Source of the DNA: Candidatus Omnitrophota bacterium
GTDB lineage: Bacteria; Omnitrophota; Gorgyraeia; JABMRG01; JAFGKX01
DNA: 15,968 nucleotides
Assembly: GCA_020354945.1 (NCBI GenBank)
Contig: CP070655.1
Location: forward strand, 893,706-909,673
Reading direction: 5' to 3'
Part shown: positions 14,982 to 15,968 of the stretch, one piece after another
How positions within the stretch are numbered: position 1 is the stretch's first letter
Layout of the letters: each line of letters opens with the position of its first letter
Program-made: the position numbers and the translations under genes
The notes under the pieces: model-generated
Told to the model about the DNA's origin: nothing
Database searches by the model: none
The model's input: only the letters and a program-made list of their open reading frames with translations

Positions 14982-15968
14982 ATGGGATTACCTCGCCTCG
15001 CAGTTAATCGGCCAATAACAATATTGATGGTATTTTCTGCAATTGTTGTTGTAGGAGCCATTGCCCTTACTCGCTTGCCCATCGAACTTTTACCCAATTT
15101 CAGTTTTGGCGATATATCCATTTTTATAAATATAAGAGGCGGCATACCTCCGGAAGAAGTAGAAGCGCAGGTAAGCAAACCGATAGAGGATGCTGTCGGA
15201 ACAGTGAGCCATTTAAGAAACCTTATCTCTATATCCGAAGAGGGCCGCTCCAGAGTGGTAATGAGATTTGAGCCCGGCATAAATATGGATTATGCGGGGT
15301 TAGAGGTGAGAGAAAAATTTTCCAGGGTAAGAGACAAACTCCCCAAGCAAATAGAAAAACCCGTCATTGCAAAGTTTGAGCAGCAGGATTATCCGGTCTT
15401 AATAACAGCAGTTAGCGGAGGAATAAATTATACTCCGGAGATGTTAAGAAGATTGGTCGATGAGACAATAAAAGAACAAATCTTAAGGGTGGAAGGGGTA
15501 GCAAATGTAGATATAGGAGGAGGCAGAGAACGCAAGATTTTAGTGGAGGTTGATCAAAGGAAACTGCAGGCCTACCGCCTTCCTATAGGCAAGGTCATAA
15601 ATGCCTTAAACCTGAATAACCTCGATTTGCTTTTAGGAGAACTTGAGAAAAAGAAGCAGAAATACCTTATAAGAGTCTTAGGGGGTTTTAGAAGCGTCGA
15701 TGACATAAAGGCCATCGGAGTAGCAACTAGCCCGAGTGGTTCGGTTATTAAGGTTGAAGACGTAGCAAATGTAAAAGATTCGTATTTAGAGGCCACCAGT
15801 TACGCAAGAGTTAATGTTATGCCTGTTGTATCCTTATATATACAGAAGGAATCTCTGGCAAATACTGTTGAGGTTATAAAAAGAGTACAAAAGGCAAAAA
15901 AGAAACTAACATCAGGCATACTGGATAAAAGAATAAGATTAATCGATACCTATAACCAGTCCAGGGCT
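14982..15968 (+). CDS. second RND permease, truncated by window end (not in ORF track)
   Basis: MGLPRLAVNRPITILMVF..LPIELLP..PPEEVEAQVSKPIEDAVGTV..VEGVANVDIGGGRERKILVEVD; open to the window end and paralogous to 11290. Confidence 0.95.
   Translation, partial: MGLPRLAVNRPITILMVFSAIVVVGAIALTRLPIELLPNFSFGDISIFINIRGGIPPEEVEAQVSKPIEDAVGTVSHLRNLISISEEGRSRVVMRFEPGINMDYAGLEVREKFSRVRDKLPKQIEKPVIAKFEQQDYPVLITAVSGGINYTPEMLRRLVDETIKEQILRVEGVANVDIGGGRERKILVEVDQRKLQAYRLPIGKVINALNLNNLDLLLGELEKKKQKYLIRVLGGFRSVDDIKAIGVATSPSGSVIKVEDVANVKDSYLEATSYARVNVMPVVSLYIQKESLANTVEVIKRVQKAKKKLTSGILDKRIRLIDTYNQSRA

Noticed and set aside
1-15968. CRISPR array or integron attC cassette array
   Set aside because: No regularly spaced repeats with unique spacers; tandem repeats are coding and the palindromes are heterogeneous.

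Overview
AT-rich window from a diderm bacterium with all real genes on the + strand. (1) 21-63 is the 3' half of an initiator-type tRNA-Met(CAT). It starts exactly at the anticodon after a G, which suggests a group I intron 3' splice site; an att remnant is the alternative. (2) A ~3.2-kb islet follows, bounded by a 37-bp exact direct repeat (59-95 = 3259-3295) and 157-bp inverted repeats (67-223 / 3138-3294), with no recombinase gene. It carries an ArsR/SmtB regulator with its operator, an exported small protein, a 46-aa basic protein, an internally deleted GT4 glycosyltransferase, a 58-aa 8-Cys protein and an APH/choline-kinase-like phosphotransferase. (3) Next come a TM2-like membrane protein, a tiny lipoprotein, a PilZ protein and mgtE. 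(4) A ROK-family repressor lacking the Zn/sugar motif precedes an unusual RND operon: TolC-family protein with two N-terminal AMIN-like domains, MFP with a Pro/Lys/Glu repeat leader, RND permease fused via a Pro-rich repeat linker to a C-terminal winged HTH, and a second RND permease running off the window. Several intergenic GC-rich palindromes look REP-like. All domain calls are by-eye motif recognition; no searches were run.
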